A stretch of 64,000 bases of DNA, from assembly GCF_009914755.1 (NCBI RefSeq), contig NC_060928.1. One strand, written 5' to 3'. Source of the DNA: the human T2T-CHM13v2.0 reference genome, Homo sapiens. This document shows, piece after piece, positions 31,164 through 44,734 of the stretch; position 1 is the first letter of the stretch, and every line of letters begins with the position of its first letter. Made by a program: the position numbers and the translations under genes. Under the pieces are notes generated by a model. The model saw nothing but the letters and a program-made list of their open reading frames with translations. It did not search any database and was not told where the DNA came from.

Positions 31164-32154
31164 AAGAACTCATGAAGAACTAGAAAATTGTTTGTCCCTT
31201 GTAGTATCCCACTGTGGTTTTCATGATCTGATACTGAAATATGTATACACAAAATTGATTTAATTCTTTCTGATAATTTCTTTCGTCTTCACCACATATA
31301 TACCACAGAGATGTACTTTTTAAAAATGACCAAATCAAGAGCAAAATTATTAATTTCAAAAAATTTACAAAATGTTAGAATTTGACTTACAGAAAATTGT
31401 ATACATATAGTTAAAACAGCTGTATAAAACTACTTAATATGAATATTTTCTTTAAAATTATTACATTTTAATATTGTAAAATATTATAAATGAAGTATAA
31501 ATATTTCACTAAGAAGCTTTATGGATTTCTTTAGGAATTTTTTAGTTTCACTATGAAGAAAATATACCAAGTTAAAACAGTCTTGTAAGCAATAATTATT
31601 GCCTATTTAAAATAAGAAATGAAGGATATATAATGAATATATTAGTAAATAAAGTAATATGTGCCATTTCGGGTTGAAAAGTAACTGTGAATTCAACCAG
31701 TAAATTATTTTTAAAATACTGTCAAGTTCTGTTCATGTATTATATGAATGCTGACTGTACATAATTTTATTCTTTTTTAATGTTTGAATTAATGACACTA
31801 TTAATATCTTACAGTTAACATCTAGCAGAAGCAGATATGAGCTAATTTGTATTTTCCTGTCATATAAAATCTGAAGTCTTCTTCAGTAATGTTAATTTTA
31901 TCTTGTCATTTTAGATCTTTTACAGCACTTAATATCATAATTGTAAAAATATTGTTCCTTATTAATATTTGAACAAATAACAAAAAGTAAATCCAATAAT
32001 AATATTTATAATTTATTAGGACATAGAACAATCATTTTGAATAAGCTGTTATTAATTAGTTTATGATAATAATACTAGTAAAAAATTTCAGACTTTCAAT
32101 GTATGAAAAATACTCAGTTTAAACAAATAGAAATGTTCTATATCATTAAGGAAC

Positions 32155-32655
32155 CAAATAGTCTAGTGATTAAAAATACAGGTTTTAGAAATAGATCTAA
32201 GTTGAATCTATGCTCTGTTTCTTGTTATGGGACTACAGGTAAGTTTTTTAATTTATGTAATCTCTCACTTATGAGTTAGTTTGATGCTGAGGTTACAAAA
32301 ACAAATACGGCCAACAAAGTCTCTGTATGCATGAAGCTTTCTGTTTTTTGGCATATACAGGGAGCAAACAAATACTCATAGTGTGGTAATAGAGAAGTAA
32401 TAGAGAACTGCAGGAATAAAGAGTAAGTTATACTTAATCTATTCTCAGAATCAGAAAGCCCTCCTGAGAAAAGTGGTATTTAAGCTGAGACTTGAAGGAA
32501 AAATAAAAATTAGCTGGATAAATGTGAATATTTGAAATGACAATACCAAATAAATTTACAGGGCTCTCTAAAATTAAATTAAAATGCCACATATAAATCC
32601 CTTAACAGTCACTGATAGATGCTGAATAAACGGTAGATGATGCTGTCGTTACTAA
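32155..32655. mobile_element. MIR (+) halves flanking an L2 (-) fragment at ~32270-32525
   Basis: MIR head tagtgattaaaaatacagg...ggtaagttttttaa; L2 gtatttaagctgagacttgaagga; MIR tail gatgctgaataaacggtag. Confidence 0.45.
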
Positions 32656-33554
32656 CTATGGTTTGATTCTCTATTAAACTCCCTACCCTCACACTTGTAT
32701 GGTACTTTTTGGATTTATTTATGATAGAAATAGTCTAATTGTGCTCACACTGACTGCAAAAGTACTAAAAACACAATGAGACCAACAATATTATCTTATT
32801 TATCTTTGTGTCTTCATCTGATCACACTGCTTGGAATTTAAACAGGTGTTCTTTAAGTCTTCCTTAGCAAATAAATACATGAATGAATAGGGAAAATACA
32901 GCTTTTAACCATTAATACAGAAGTAAAGTTTTGTGACTAGATGAAGTATTGTTCAGTAAATAAAATACAGGTTTGCTCCCACTTGTCCTAGTCATTTGGC
33001 CTCCGAGTTATAGGATGGATATGTATAAATTCGATTATTTATTCAACTATCCATATGCCAGTGTCGGCAATATATTAATTTCAAATGGTAACACAGCAAT
33101 GCACTGATTTAGTCTGTTGGATCTGAGTAAGTGTAATTTTTAGGAGTTCATATCTATAAACATTACCCCAAATTGGGATTGAATTGGAAAATAATCTGAC
33201 ACAAAGCTTCCCTAAAGGCAGTGCTTTGGGTTAGGCGTTCATTAAATAACTGAATTTAAATGGTGAATGGACTCTTTTTCCTTCTGGATCGTTGTAAGAA
33301 TAGCAGATTTGAGATGAAGTGAATTTCAAAGTGTTGCAAATGGCCAAAGTGAGAAGAGATGGCTCACACCAAGAGCATCAGCTGATTTCTGTAGCCATTT
33401 CTTAAGGAGGCTGACAAATTAACTTGAGAATAATCAAGAAAGGTCAAATTATGATCATCTGATTATTTTAAAAGGTTAAGGAAATATAAAAACATATAAA
33501 GAAAGTAATTTCAGAAACTACCAACATATGAAAAGCTTTAACATTTTAGAAGAC

Positions 33555-33923
33555 TGATATGATTTGGCTGTGTCCCTACCCAAATGTTGTCTTGAATTGT
33601 AGTTCCCATAATCCACACATGTCGTGGGAAGGACCCGACAGGAGGTAATTGAATCATAGGGGTGGTTACCTCCATGCTGTTCTTGTGATAGTAAGTGAGT
33701 TCTCATGAGACTGATGGTTTTATAAGGGGTTTTTCTCCCTTCTATTTGACACTTCTCCTTGCTGCTGCCATGTGAAGAAGTACGTGTTTGCTTCCCCTTT
33801 CACCATGATCATAAGTTTTCTGAGGCTTCCCAGCCCTGCTGAATTGTGAGTCAATTAAACCTGTTTATAAATTACTCAGTCTTGGGTATGTCTTTATCAG
33901 CAGCATGAGGACAAACTAATACA
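33555..33923 (+). mobile_element. THE1D-like MaLR solo LTR
   Basis: tgatatgatttggctgtgtccc...ctaataca; TSD aagac/gagac. Confidence 0.9.
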
Positions 33924-33959
33924 GAGACAAACTTAAGTTATATGTGTTACTTGTTGGTT

Positions 33960-34165
33960 CTCCTTAGTTGAATCACTATTTTTGCACATCCAGGACTGCC
34001 TTCTCTCTGTCTTCTTAGTATCATCTCTTGCACTACCAACCAAAACAGTTCTCTACAGCGTAGCCATAGTTATCACTTACAAATAAAACTTTGATTATGC
34101 ATCACCTCTGTAAACTGTTTATGGCTTCTAATAATAGCACTTAGATAAAAGCCCCAAATCCTTTT
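33960..34165 (+). mobile_element. L2 fragment
   Basis: ttctctacagcgtagccatagttatc...tgattatgcatcacctctg...gcacttagataaaagcccc. Confidence 0.5.
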
Positions 34166-34220
34166 TGTTATTTCACACAAAAATAACCATACCAATTTTT
34201 GTTTGATATGAAAAAATACA

Positions 34221-34527
34221 TGTAGTGGGCTGAAAATGGTTCTCCCAAATTATCATGCCTTAATCCGGGAGCCTGTGTATGTTACCTTACTTGAAAAAGG
34301 GATTCTTTGCAGATGTGACCAAATTAAATATCTTGAGATGGGGAGATTATCCCAGTGTATGTGGGTGGGTCCTAAATGCAACCACAAGTAAGAGAGAGAC
34401 AGAGAGAGATTTGACAGAGGCAGCAGAAGAGGAGACAGTGTGACAATGGAAGCAGAGATTGAGTGATGCAGTGAGGAGCCAAGGAATATGAGCAGTGATC
34501 AGAACCTCAAGGAGGCAAGAAACAGAC
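34221..34527 (+). mobile_element. MLT1C/D LTR, 3'-truncated
   Basis: tgtagtgggctgaaaatgg...gttaccttac...ttgagatggggagattatcc...gagccaaggaat...gaggcaagaaacagac, then abrupt loss of similarity. Confidence 0.85.
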
Positions 34528-37500
34528 TGCTGTAAATGGTCAAAGTGAGAAGAGATGGCTTACACCAAGAGAAGACATTAAAGCAGCAGCTGATTTCTGT
34601 CATCATTTCTTGTACTACCAACCAAAACAACTCTCTATAGTGAGAATTGTCATAATTTTCCTTGTGAATTTGCATATTTTCATAATACAAGCTAGGGAAC
34701 CCACTACCAGAGAAAGGGGCTTAGTTCCACCTATTGAGTACCTTAAATCATGGAGGACTCATGGGTGGAGAGAGGTCAAGCAGTAGACTACTAATCTTAC
34801 ACAGCCTGGAAGATTTGGGAGGAGAGCCATTTGTCCCTGGTGCTTCCTGCAGATTCCACTATTTTTAGGAGCCAGTGAAGCAAACAGATGCACTGAAAAA
34901 CAATATTAAAATTGTTTCAATGTTCTTTCAATTGAATTTTAACTCCAAGTACTCATCCTTTAGTGATGGTAGGAAGTATAACTTCAGTTATTTGTGAGTT
35001 ATCTCAACCACAGAGTTTTGTCAGTGTCTTGATATTTTACAAACAATGTATCCATTGGAAAGTCCCATCGAGATGTTGGTAATCAGTTCACAGAGCACAT
35101 CAACCATTTAAGTCCCATGGCTCTGCCCGTTTATGTCCCACAGTTCTGCCCATTTCATGCCGTGCTAGAGATGTAAGCACTTTGGGAAGAACTAGAAACT
35201 CCTCTGCCTAGGATCTAGCTCATTAAGTCAAGAGTGAACAAGGTAGCTCTTCCTCACTGAGTCTTTGCCCTCTCCCCAGATGATGCCAGGAACAAGCACT
35301 AGGTCTCCTTCATTCATTGAACCAATACACTTCTTCTCCTATCTACTTTAGGAATTTTTCCTCATTTCCTGGTCATCCATTTCTCAAATGTTTTCTTATA
35401 ACTTTCCGGTGTCCTCTGCATTAGCTTTTAAAATGTTTATGATTTTATAAAGAGCTTCTAATTTCACATTGATTATTTCAATTAAACCTAATTCCTTGCT
35501 TAAAATGAGAGGAAAGAAGGAAAACATATCAGGAAAAACAGATATTTCAACAGTTCACTAAGTTATATTGACTCACCAGGTTGTGTTCTCCTGTAATGTG
35601 TTTCTCCTACCACTTCATCCTCTTTTTCTGAACACCCAATATACTTCTAGAACTTGTGCCAAGTCTTCCCTTCGAGGTAGATTGTAAAAATCAATGAGAG
35701 CAAGCTTGCACTTAACACATGATTATTTAATAAAAAAAAGAGAAGTACTTCAGGAGATGATACCACCAAACAGAATGTGTTTTATTTGTTTGTTTTTAAC
35801 AGAATTAGTTTTGACTGATAGAGTATAAGTAGAACTATAATCCATGAAGCCATTCATCTGCTATACAGAAAAATCAATGCTTGGTCTTTAAATATAAACA
35901 TCGTCTTCAATAATAAGACTGAATTTATGGAATGCACAAATAATACTGATTAATTTTTCTTAGGTGTTTTATACCTACAGAGACATCAATTGTCACCCAA
36001 TAATGGTGGTTTTTGGAGTATAGGCTGCATGGATCATAATGGCAAACCTTATTTAAACAGAAAGAAGAGCAGAATATCAGTCATAATGTTTTCTCTGTAA
36101 GAACTGAAAAATTGAAGTAAATATATGAATCTTAAAATATCAATTGTAATATTGGCTTTTGCAACTCAGGCAATTATAAGATATAGGACATTTTAAAGAC
36201 TAATGAAGAAAATTGTATTTAATTTATTCTAAGTTTTAAAAACTTTATTTTTCTCAACTAGAGAATTAGTTGAAAGCTCCCAACCCATGGTTTCCTAAAA
36301 AAGTCACATCTAACTTAGATATTGGTAGCAGTTCATGCTCTTTTTACCGCTGGCTTGTGTCCCTTCCAAACACTTTAATGGTATTTTACTGTTAAACAAT
36401 ATATATTTCTCACCACTTGAAAAACTAATTCAAAATAATATTTCTTTATTCTATGAGGTCTCTCACTATTGTCATTCTCCTTTTGTGGCCTATGCTCATT
36501 TCTTTTCCCCAATGAAAAGTAGAGAAAAAAAATCATGACAACCTTGTGTGTCTGCAAGTCTCTGTAAAATGCCTCCATCCAAGTTTCCTTCCAATCAGGA
36601 ACATAATTCTTAGCAAATAGGTCGCTAACTCACTTAATTAACTCTCTGCTATGTCCTTAGAGGAGTTTCTATTATCAAACTTGAATTGGAATAACATTTA
36701 ACAAGCTGTACAAGGCCTTTGGGAAACCTGTTTTTCACAAAAATGGCTTCTTAAATGGGCTTTGATCTCCTTAAAGGATTCTGAATTACTGCATAAAATC
36801 CTAATGCACTTATTAACGATGCATATATATGCAGATTTTAAACAGAGTGAAAGATAAATTTCTTTTCTGCCTCCTTGGGGAGCATCCTAATATGGATTTT
36901 CTTTAAACATTTCTTGACCTATTGAACATTTGATAAACAGGTATTTTACTCAAAGCTCCCTCCAGATCTTTGACAATTAAGAAATAACATAAAAACCTAT
37001 TTAGGATTGCATCGTACTCTTCTCTGTTAGTATTTGGGATAGAGATTTGAAGGAGAGTGATCCTGTTTTCCATTTTTCGTCTCATATAATTTTTTTTAAT
37101 GCTTACTCTTTGTCAGTCACTCCACTATAGACAGGGTTGCAAAGTCAATTAAGCTATGGTTTCTTTGTTTCAGGAAACTGCAGACTAGTGAAAAGTGGAG
37201 CAGAAGAGAAAAAAATAAACAAAGAAAATATACAATGATAGGCCAGACTGATACATTGATAAGGCTTATAATAGATTTTTACCTAGATACAAGAGTCAGA
37301 CATCTAATTTAGACCAAGAGAGGATAATATTGTGAGTTGAATTTTGCAGAATGAGTCATATGTTACTGAATAGGAGAAGGCTATCCTGAGCAGAAAGATG
37401 GATATATGGAGGTAAGCATGACCTGTTTGAGAATTTTTAAGAAATTTATGACTGTCAGCTGTATGGGTTCCTCTGAGGGTTGGTGGTTGACACCAAAGAG

Positions 37501-37544
37501 GTTAGCAGGAACATTAAAGGCATTGTAGGAAAAAAAAGGGAAAA

Positions 37545-37579
37545 TGTGTGTGTGTGTATGTGTCTGTGTGTGTGTCTGT
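37545..37579. repeat. Imperfect (TG)n microsatellite
   Basis: Read directly. Confidence 0.85.
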
Positions 37580-37987
37580 AATTAAGTAACCTAGAGAGGA
37601 AATTTTAGAGCATAAATTTTTAGAAATTTGGGGACTTGTCATATGCCAAAATCTAGACAAAGCAATCAGTGCCTATCAACCAGCCTACTTATATTTGAAC
37701 ATAGCAGATGAGTCTTCCTAGTGCAGATGAAAATATTTTCTATGTGTGAAAATAACTTCCTGAAAGTTGTGTCCACATAATTTCCCAAGTTCATATATAA
37801 CGTTCTTTATGCAGAAATTTTATTTACAACTGAATTCTTGAGGATCACGCCTACTAAGTAACACCAGGTGCAACTAAATAAAGAGAAGTAAAATATCTGA
37901 ATGCTCACCCAGAAAGCGATCAATCTATTTCATTTTAATATATTATTTATATTTAGTGAATATACAAAGAATATGTCACAAATCATT

Positions 37988-38143
37988 GGCCAGGCCTGGT
38001 GAATGTGGACCTATAGTCTCAACTACTCAGGAGGCTGAGGCAGGAGAATTGCCAGAGCCCAGAAGTTCCAGGCTGCAGTGAGCTATGATCATGCCACTGC
38101 TGGGTGACAAAGCAAGAACCTGTTTCTAAAAAATAAAAAAATA
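37988..38143 (+). mobile_element. FAM/FRAM Alu monomer
   Basis: Single arm: ctactcaggaggctgaggcaggag...aggctgcagtgagctatgatcatgccactg...A tail. Confidence 0.85.
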
Positions 38144-39171
38144 TATATATAAGCAAAATTACCTTGTCATTATGTGATGCCATCTGGTATTGAAATTGAA
38201 TTTTATTCACACACATAATTTAATACAGTTTTTTAAAAATTTCTGGATTCCTTCTCTATATTCACACATTTTGGCAATAACTCATACATATTTTCTCTCC
38301 ATTGATACAGAAGTAGGGACACTGTAAAGATATAAAACATATATGACATCTAAGAACCCTTAATATTTGTTCACTAGAGCTCATACGAGATGTGATCTAT
38401 ACTCTGTAGTTTGGAGAGCTAAAGCAATTCATAACTACTTTAGCACTCAGTTCAATTTAAGATGAATTGCCTGTCTTATGTGAATGTACTACTGAGCAAG
38501 CTGAATGTCACTTATCTGATGAAAGAACAGTGCCCAGCTATCTCACATACACCCTGTGTATCATTCAAACTTGGAAACATTTATATCATAGTCATTATCT
38601 TAAAATCACAGTGTTTGCCAACAAAGCCTTCCGGCTTGATTCCATAGAAGGACATTTAAAAAAAGATATGGCATAACAGATTCATTGTCCTGCTTGTATG
38701 TGTTTCTAAGTTTGTTCTTTTTTTTAGGTAAAATAAAGAATTTAGCAGTAGTGCAACCATTCACAGTTCTAAAAGAAGCAAGTGCAAATGTAGAGCAATT
38801 TTTTTTTTTCATGAAAGGCAGCATAATGTGACTGCACTTACACTTTGGATTTGCAATTTCACTGATGATCTAAATAATGCCATTGGTTTAAACAGTTAGT
38901 TGCTCTACTTTGAAAATTACCTTTGACCTTTTTCTCACTAGATATCAATTGAATTCCAGGTTGCACATACTGAACTAAACGAGGTAATTGCTCTGGCCTT
39001 GTGAACTTAAAAGGCAACTTCTTTGTGAATGTATTTGTTGGTATCATTAACTAGATCTAAGAAAATATAATTTTTATAAAGTTAGATCATTCATATCTAA
39101 GTTGCCTTTTATTCATGTGGCTTAGTAAAAGTTAATTGTACTTTCAAAGTACCAAGGCAAATAAACAGGGT

Positions 39172-39447
<276 letters not shown>

Positions 39448-39472
39448 AACAAGGAAGTTCTAATAGGTGTCT

Positions 39473-41829
39473 GTGGTAGGCTCTAAGATTGCCCCAGTGA
39501 TTCTCCCTTCTCAGTGTTCATGATCTTGTATAATTCCTCCCCTGTTGACTTGCTCCACATGAATAGAATATGGAAGAAATAAGTTGTCACTTTCATGATT
39601 AGTTTACAAACAACTGTGGCATTTGTCTTGGGTGCTCTAACTCACCCTCCCTTGGTTCACTCACTTTGGGAGAAGCCAGTACTGTGTCATAAGGTCACCC
39701 TGTGGAGAGGTCCAAATGACTACTTGGAAACAGGTTTTCTGAAGCCTGCCAACGACCTTGTGAGTAAGTAGATGCAATCTTTGAGTCAAGCTTTGGGATG
39801 ATTATACACCTAGCCAGGAGTTAGAATCCAACATCATGAGATACTGAGCTGGAGGCACCAACATAAGCTAGGCCTAATTTCTGACCCACAGAAACTGTGA
39901 AATAATTGAAACTTATTCCATGCTGCTGAGTTTTGTGATAATTTGTTAAATAACAACAGATACCTATATAGATTTTTATTCTGAGTGTAGGATGCTGCTG
40001 TAATAAGTCTAAAATATGAAGGTAACTTTGGATCTGGTCAGCAGATTTCAAGGAGAATGTTAGTGAAAGTGGAAAGTGCCTTGACGGAGCTATTGCTACA
40101 TGTCTCATAGTTTTCAATAAGGCTGTAGGTTAGGACTTTCAGAAGATTTAAATAAATGGTATTGGAAACTGGAGGAAAGATAATCCTTGTTATATAGTAT
40201 CAGAAAGTTTAACAACAACATTGATTAAAGTAAGGCAGAAAATAGAAAATGTGCCTAAAAGACTGGACGATTTGCCTAAGGAGATGTCTTAGCAAAGAGT
40301 TGAAGGTGCTGTCTCGTTTTCTCTAGCAGTACATCTATAGAGTGGGGAGATAAATTAAAGGAAGGATTGTTAACCAAAGAGGAGCCAGTACTTGTGATGG
40401 CTTTGAAAATTCTCAGCCTCTCTAGAAATCAAATAATGCTAAATTTAAGAAATGGCTTCAATCAAAGATCAAATTCAGAGTACTTCCAGGAAAATGTAGT
40501 CCAAAAATGAAAGTGAGGGTATACATAAAATCTTTTGTCAAGACCTCAGAAAGATTAAAGCTGGTGACTCAGAAAGCCCTTAAAGAGATTAAGAGCATAC
40601 CCTCTGTGTCCTCTGAAACATTATTATAGCTTCTAGAAAGTTTAAAGACATTATTGCTCATCCATAGAAGTAGGAGCTCAAGATAGAGAAGGGCTTATCT
40701 CAAGAGATTTTTGAATGTGGCTTTTGTCAAATGATATAAACCCCAAGAAACTTCACAGGAGACCCATGAAGTTCTTAAGTTATAGATGCAGAAACATTTT
40801 CAGCTTGAACAAAGTGGGGAACAGAGACAGTTTAGAATTAGAAGAAACCGTTTGGGCTCTCAGAATTATGCTGATAGGGAGTAGACTGAGAGAGCTGCTC
40901 AACTGAATGATGACTCAGAGGGCAGAACCAGACCCCAGCAGTTAAAGCCAAGAGCCATGGAGAATTATACAAAGTCTTTTGACCTTATTAAGTAACTTCC
41001 AGTAATTGCATAACTGGACTTCAGAATTGTTATAGGCCAGTGGCTTTTTTGTACCTGCCATTCCCCCCTTTCTGAACAGAAATGTTTAAAGCAGTTACCC
41101 TCTATCTGTATCATTATTATCTGTTGTGTATTTGGGAAACCAGTATCTACCAGTTTTCAGACGAAGAGGGATTATATTCAAGGATATGTATTTATGGAAC
41201 TAGACCTGAAGTGTCTACACCATGGCTGAACCTGATTCAGATGACAAGATTATTTAATTTGAGTAGGTACTACAGTAGTATCAAACTTTTGACGTTGGTG
41301 GAAGTGGGTGAGTATATTTTACATGTAAAAGGAATGTTAACTGGATGTTAATTAGAGGCCAATACGCAGAGTATAGTGATCCTCAATTATCCCTACCACC
41401 TGGTATTCAGGCCCTCATATAATCCCCATTTTTTGAGTGAAGGCTATGTTTATTAGCTTCTAACAAATATGATACAACGGAACTGATGGGAAGCTACTGC
41501 TGAGACTAGGTTTTGAAGAGGCTGTGGGGCCCATTTGTGAGGCTCTGGCTCACTCTCCCTTGGATCCCTTGTCCTGGGAATGCTTCCATGTCATGAGGAA
41601 CCCAACAGTGAGACCTTCATGAGTGAATTTAGAAAATGATCCATCAGTTCCAGTGGATCTGTAGCTGAGAAGACCATAGCCCTGGCCTACAGCATGATTA
41701 CAACCAGAAGAGACCTTTAGTTACAAGACCCAGCTAAGCCATACCCAAATTCCTGACTCACAGAAACTGTGTGAGATGATAAATACTTGTTCCATTTAAT
41801 GTTCTATGCAGCCATAGATAACTAATACA
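39473..41829 (+). mobile_element. Two-LTR MLT1F-like MaLR provirus (LTR ~39473-39970, internal ~39971-41370, LTR ~41371-41829)
   Basis: Both ends share motifs (ctcacycycccttggwtc; aattyctgacycacagaaactgtg; agatacctatata / agataactaataca); internal segment has MaLR-int motifs (attggaaactggaggaaagataatccttgttatatagt). Confidence 0.8.
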
Positions 41830-44452
41830 GCACTCAATAAATGTTTGCTACCAAATATTATGCGAATGGAAGGTTAAACTGTAAATAAAGTGAGAAAAAT
41901 TAGGGCATATAAATATTAACATTTTGAGACTGGGACATGGGTCATCCAAGTCAATATTTCAATAATAACATATAGAAAATAATGAGTTATTGAACAAGAT
42001 TTTAAGTATCTTAATATTGTGTTCAAATGTTAGGGGAAAATCCCAGAGCAAGTAACATCTCTTATGTTAACTATTATTTCCTTGCTATCCTTTAGTGTAT
42101 TCAGTGGTTACCATGTATTATGCCATCATTGTATTCCTTTTTCTTTCTGTCATTCTATTTCCCTCTACTGACTTTTTTTATGCCAAATCTCTTTCACTAG
42201 CACTCTCTCTCACTACAATGCTTCATTATTTCTTTGTCTTTCATGAGATTTTGTTTTCTGTCTCACACATGTACACACAAAAGCACAACCACATGCAAAT
42301 AACTAAAATCATTGAGTTACTTATATAGTAAAAATTATAGGAGCCAAATAAAATTTCTTGCTCAATAGTTTACTAAGTCTGAATAGAACAAATCATTTTA
42401 ACAATAATGCAAAGGAAATCTATCACCTAAGTTGGAAGAAAAAACAGTTGTGATTTTTAATTTGTTTCACAAGAAAAAAATTACTAGAGGTGAGTAGTTT
42501 TTTAATCATTCAGGAACTCATGATTATCCTCCAAGTACAGAATATCTGTTTGCATGGGATTGCTTTTGCTATCATAAATATAGCTATGGAATTTAATGCA
42601 TTGTTGGCTATTCACCCTTTTATATAGCTGTGATTTTAAAGTGCCTACACTCTGCGAATATTTACATAAATTATCATAATTAACCTTCTGTGGCTTTTAT
42701 CTTTATAATGAAATATCCCTTCATTCGAAATAAAATATGAAATATTATTTTTCATTTCTAATGATACTTTGCTTATAAAATATATTATTCTAAGATTGTT
42801 AGTTTGATTTATTGGATTTATTCGATAATTATCTTTTTTTAGACAATATTATTGAGGGACCACTTTTTAAAATTCAGAAATAGATGTTCTTAAAATGTAT
42901 TGACCCATTTATATCACCTTATAGATTTATACTTGAATTGGTAGATATAAATATCTACTATTTGTACATCCCACTATTTCTTTTCTTTTAGCTAGAAAGG
43001 TATAACGTTAAAACCCTTTTACCAAATAAAATGATTTTATTTAGAAAATGCCGGGCACTAAAAAAAAAAAAAAAAAGAAAAGAAAAAAATGCATATTTTT
43101 GTAGAAAGTGAGATACTATTTTTATTACAAACAACTTTAAAATATTTTATATTGAGCCATAATGCATGAGGTGGCTTAATTTGTAAATTTTCAATTTTGA
43201 AGCTATTTCATAGATCTTGATATTGGCATGGGAAATTGGCTTTCTTTTTGAACCTCAGTGGATACTACTTGTTTTTCTTCTTAAACACAGCTTTGTGTGG
43301 TGTATCCTCTGGTTTCCTGTTACTATTTCTCCAATATTTTGACTTAAATTTGTTTCATGCAGTAATTCTTAGGTGTCATTACCACTGGCACTTGGTAGGA
43401 GCTAAAACATATAGCCAGTATAAATTTTGTCTATATGGATACTCGAGTTTTGATCTTTGTTTAAATCCCAGGTGCTGCCAGACTAAAACAAGAAATTATG
43501 CAATTCTCCTCATATAACCAGCTTTAGTTCTATAGTGACTTTTCACCCTGAGAAAATTTGATCTAAGGCAAGAAAGCCACTAACATTTGTGTTATTCAAT
43601 AAAAAAGGAAATGATTTTTCAGAAAGCATGTAAGATATACATAAGATATCAAATTATAAACACACTCCCTTATTTCTTAGAGAAGTTCCTATCATATTGT
43701 TATTCAAAGATAATGTTTTACTGAGATAGGGAATAATATGATTAGAGTTTTGTGTTTGAATCAATATATTATGACAATCATGTCATAAATGTCTGAGAGA
43801 AAATATATGACAAACTTCAGGTTAATTACTATATATTATAAAAATTGAGACCAGTTTTTGAGAGGTGATGAGTGAGAGACATAATAAATTTATACTCATT
43901 ATTTATTGATTACTGTTCTATATATTCTAACAGATAAAATTTCTCACAGAAAATGTCAGGTATAACTTACAGTCACTACTGGAACAAAATGCAAATATTT
44001 CAGTGTCATTCGAAAAACTAACAAGGAATTATAAGTTTCTTATAATATATCAGTCAATCACCAGACTCCTTTCATACTTGGAAATGTTTCCATGCATGAG
44101 CTTAAGTTAATGTAGAATTCAAACATTTGAGTTCTGTTGTAGCAGATAAAATGAAGCCTCAAATCATTCTCTAATCTGAAGTACATCCTGGCAGAACTAC
44201 TGTGACTTGTCTGTTAAAATTGATTTCCTCTTAAAGAAAAATAGGCTTTTCTTATTGTGTCAAAAAATGATATTATCTATTATGTGTCTTTTCTTGTGAC
44301 AATCCTTACCTTTTATGTCCCAGAAGGAAAAAATATTGTTTTTCCTCCTAAGTTTTTATATCCTATTTTACTCTAATGAATAATCTGTGTTGCACACGAA
44401 ATGAAATATATTCCAAAAAGAGTAAAGAGCAATGTTTAAAAATGAGTGTAGA

Positions 44453-44734
44453 GGCCAGGCATGGTGGCTTATGCCTGTAATCCTAGCACTTTGGGATGCC
44501 AAGGCGGGCGGATCACCTGAGGTCGGGAGTTCGAGACCAGCCTGACCAACGTGGAGAAACCCCATGTCTACTAAAAATACAAAATTAGCCAGGCATGGTG
44601 GTGCATGCCCGTAATCCTAGCTACTCAGGGGGCTGAGGAAGGAGAATTGCTTGAACCCAGGAGATGGAGGTTGCGGTTAGCCGAGATCACGCCTTTGCAC
44701 TTCAGCCTGGGAAACAAGAGCGAAACTCTGTCTC
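44453..44734 (+). mobile_element. AluSp with no A tail beyond the TSD
   Basis: ggtcgggagttcgagaccagcctgaccaacgtggagaaaccc; TSD aaaaatga[g/a]t[g/a]taga at 44438-44452 and 44735-44749. Confidence 0.93.
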
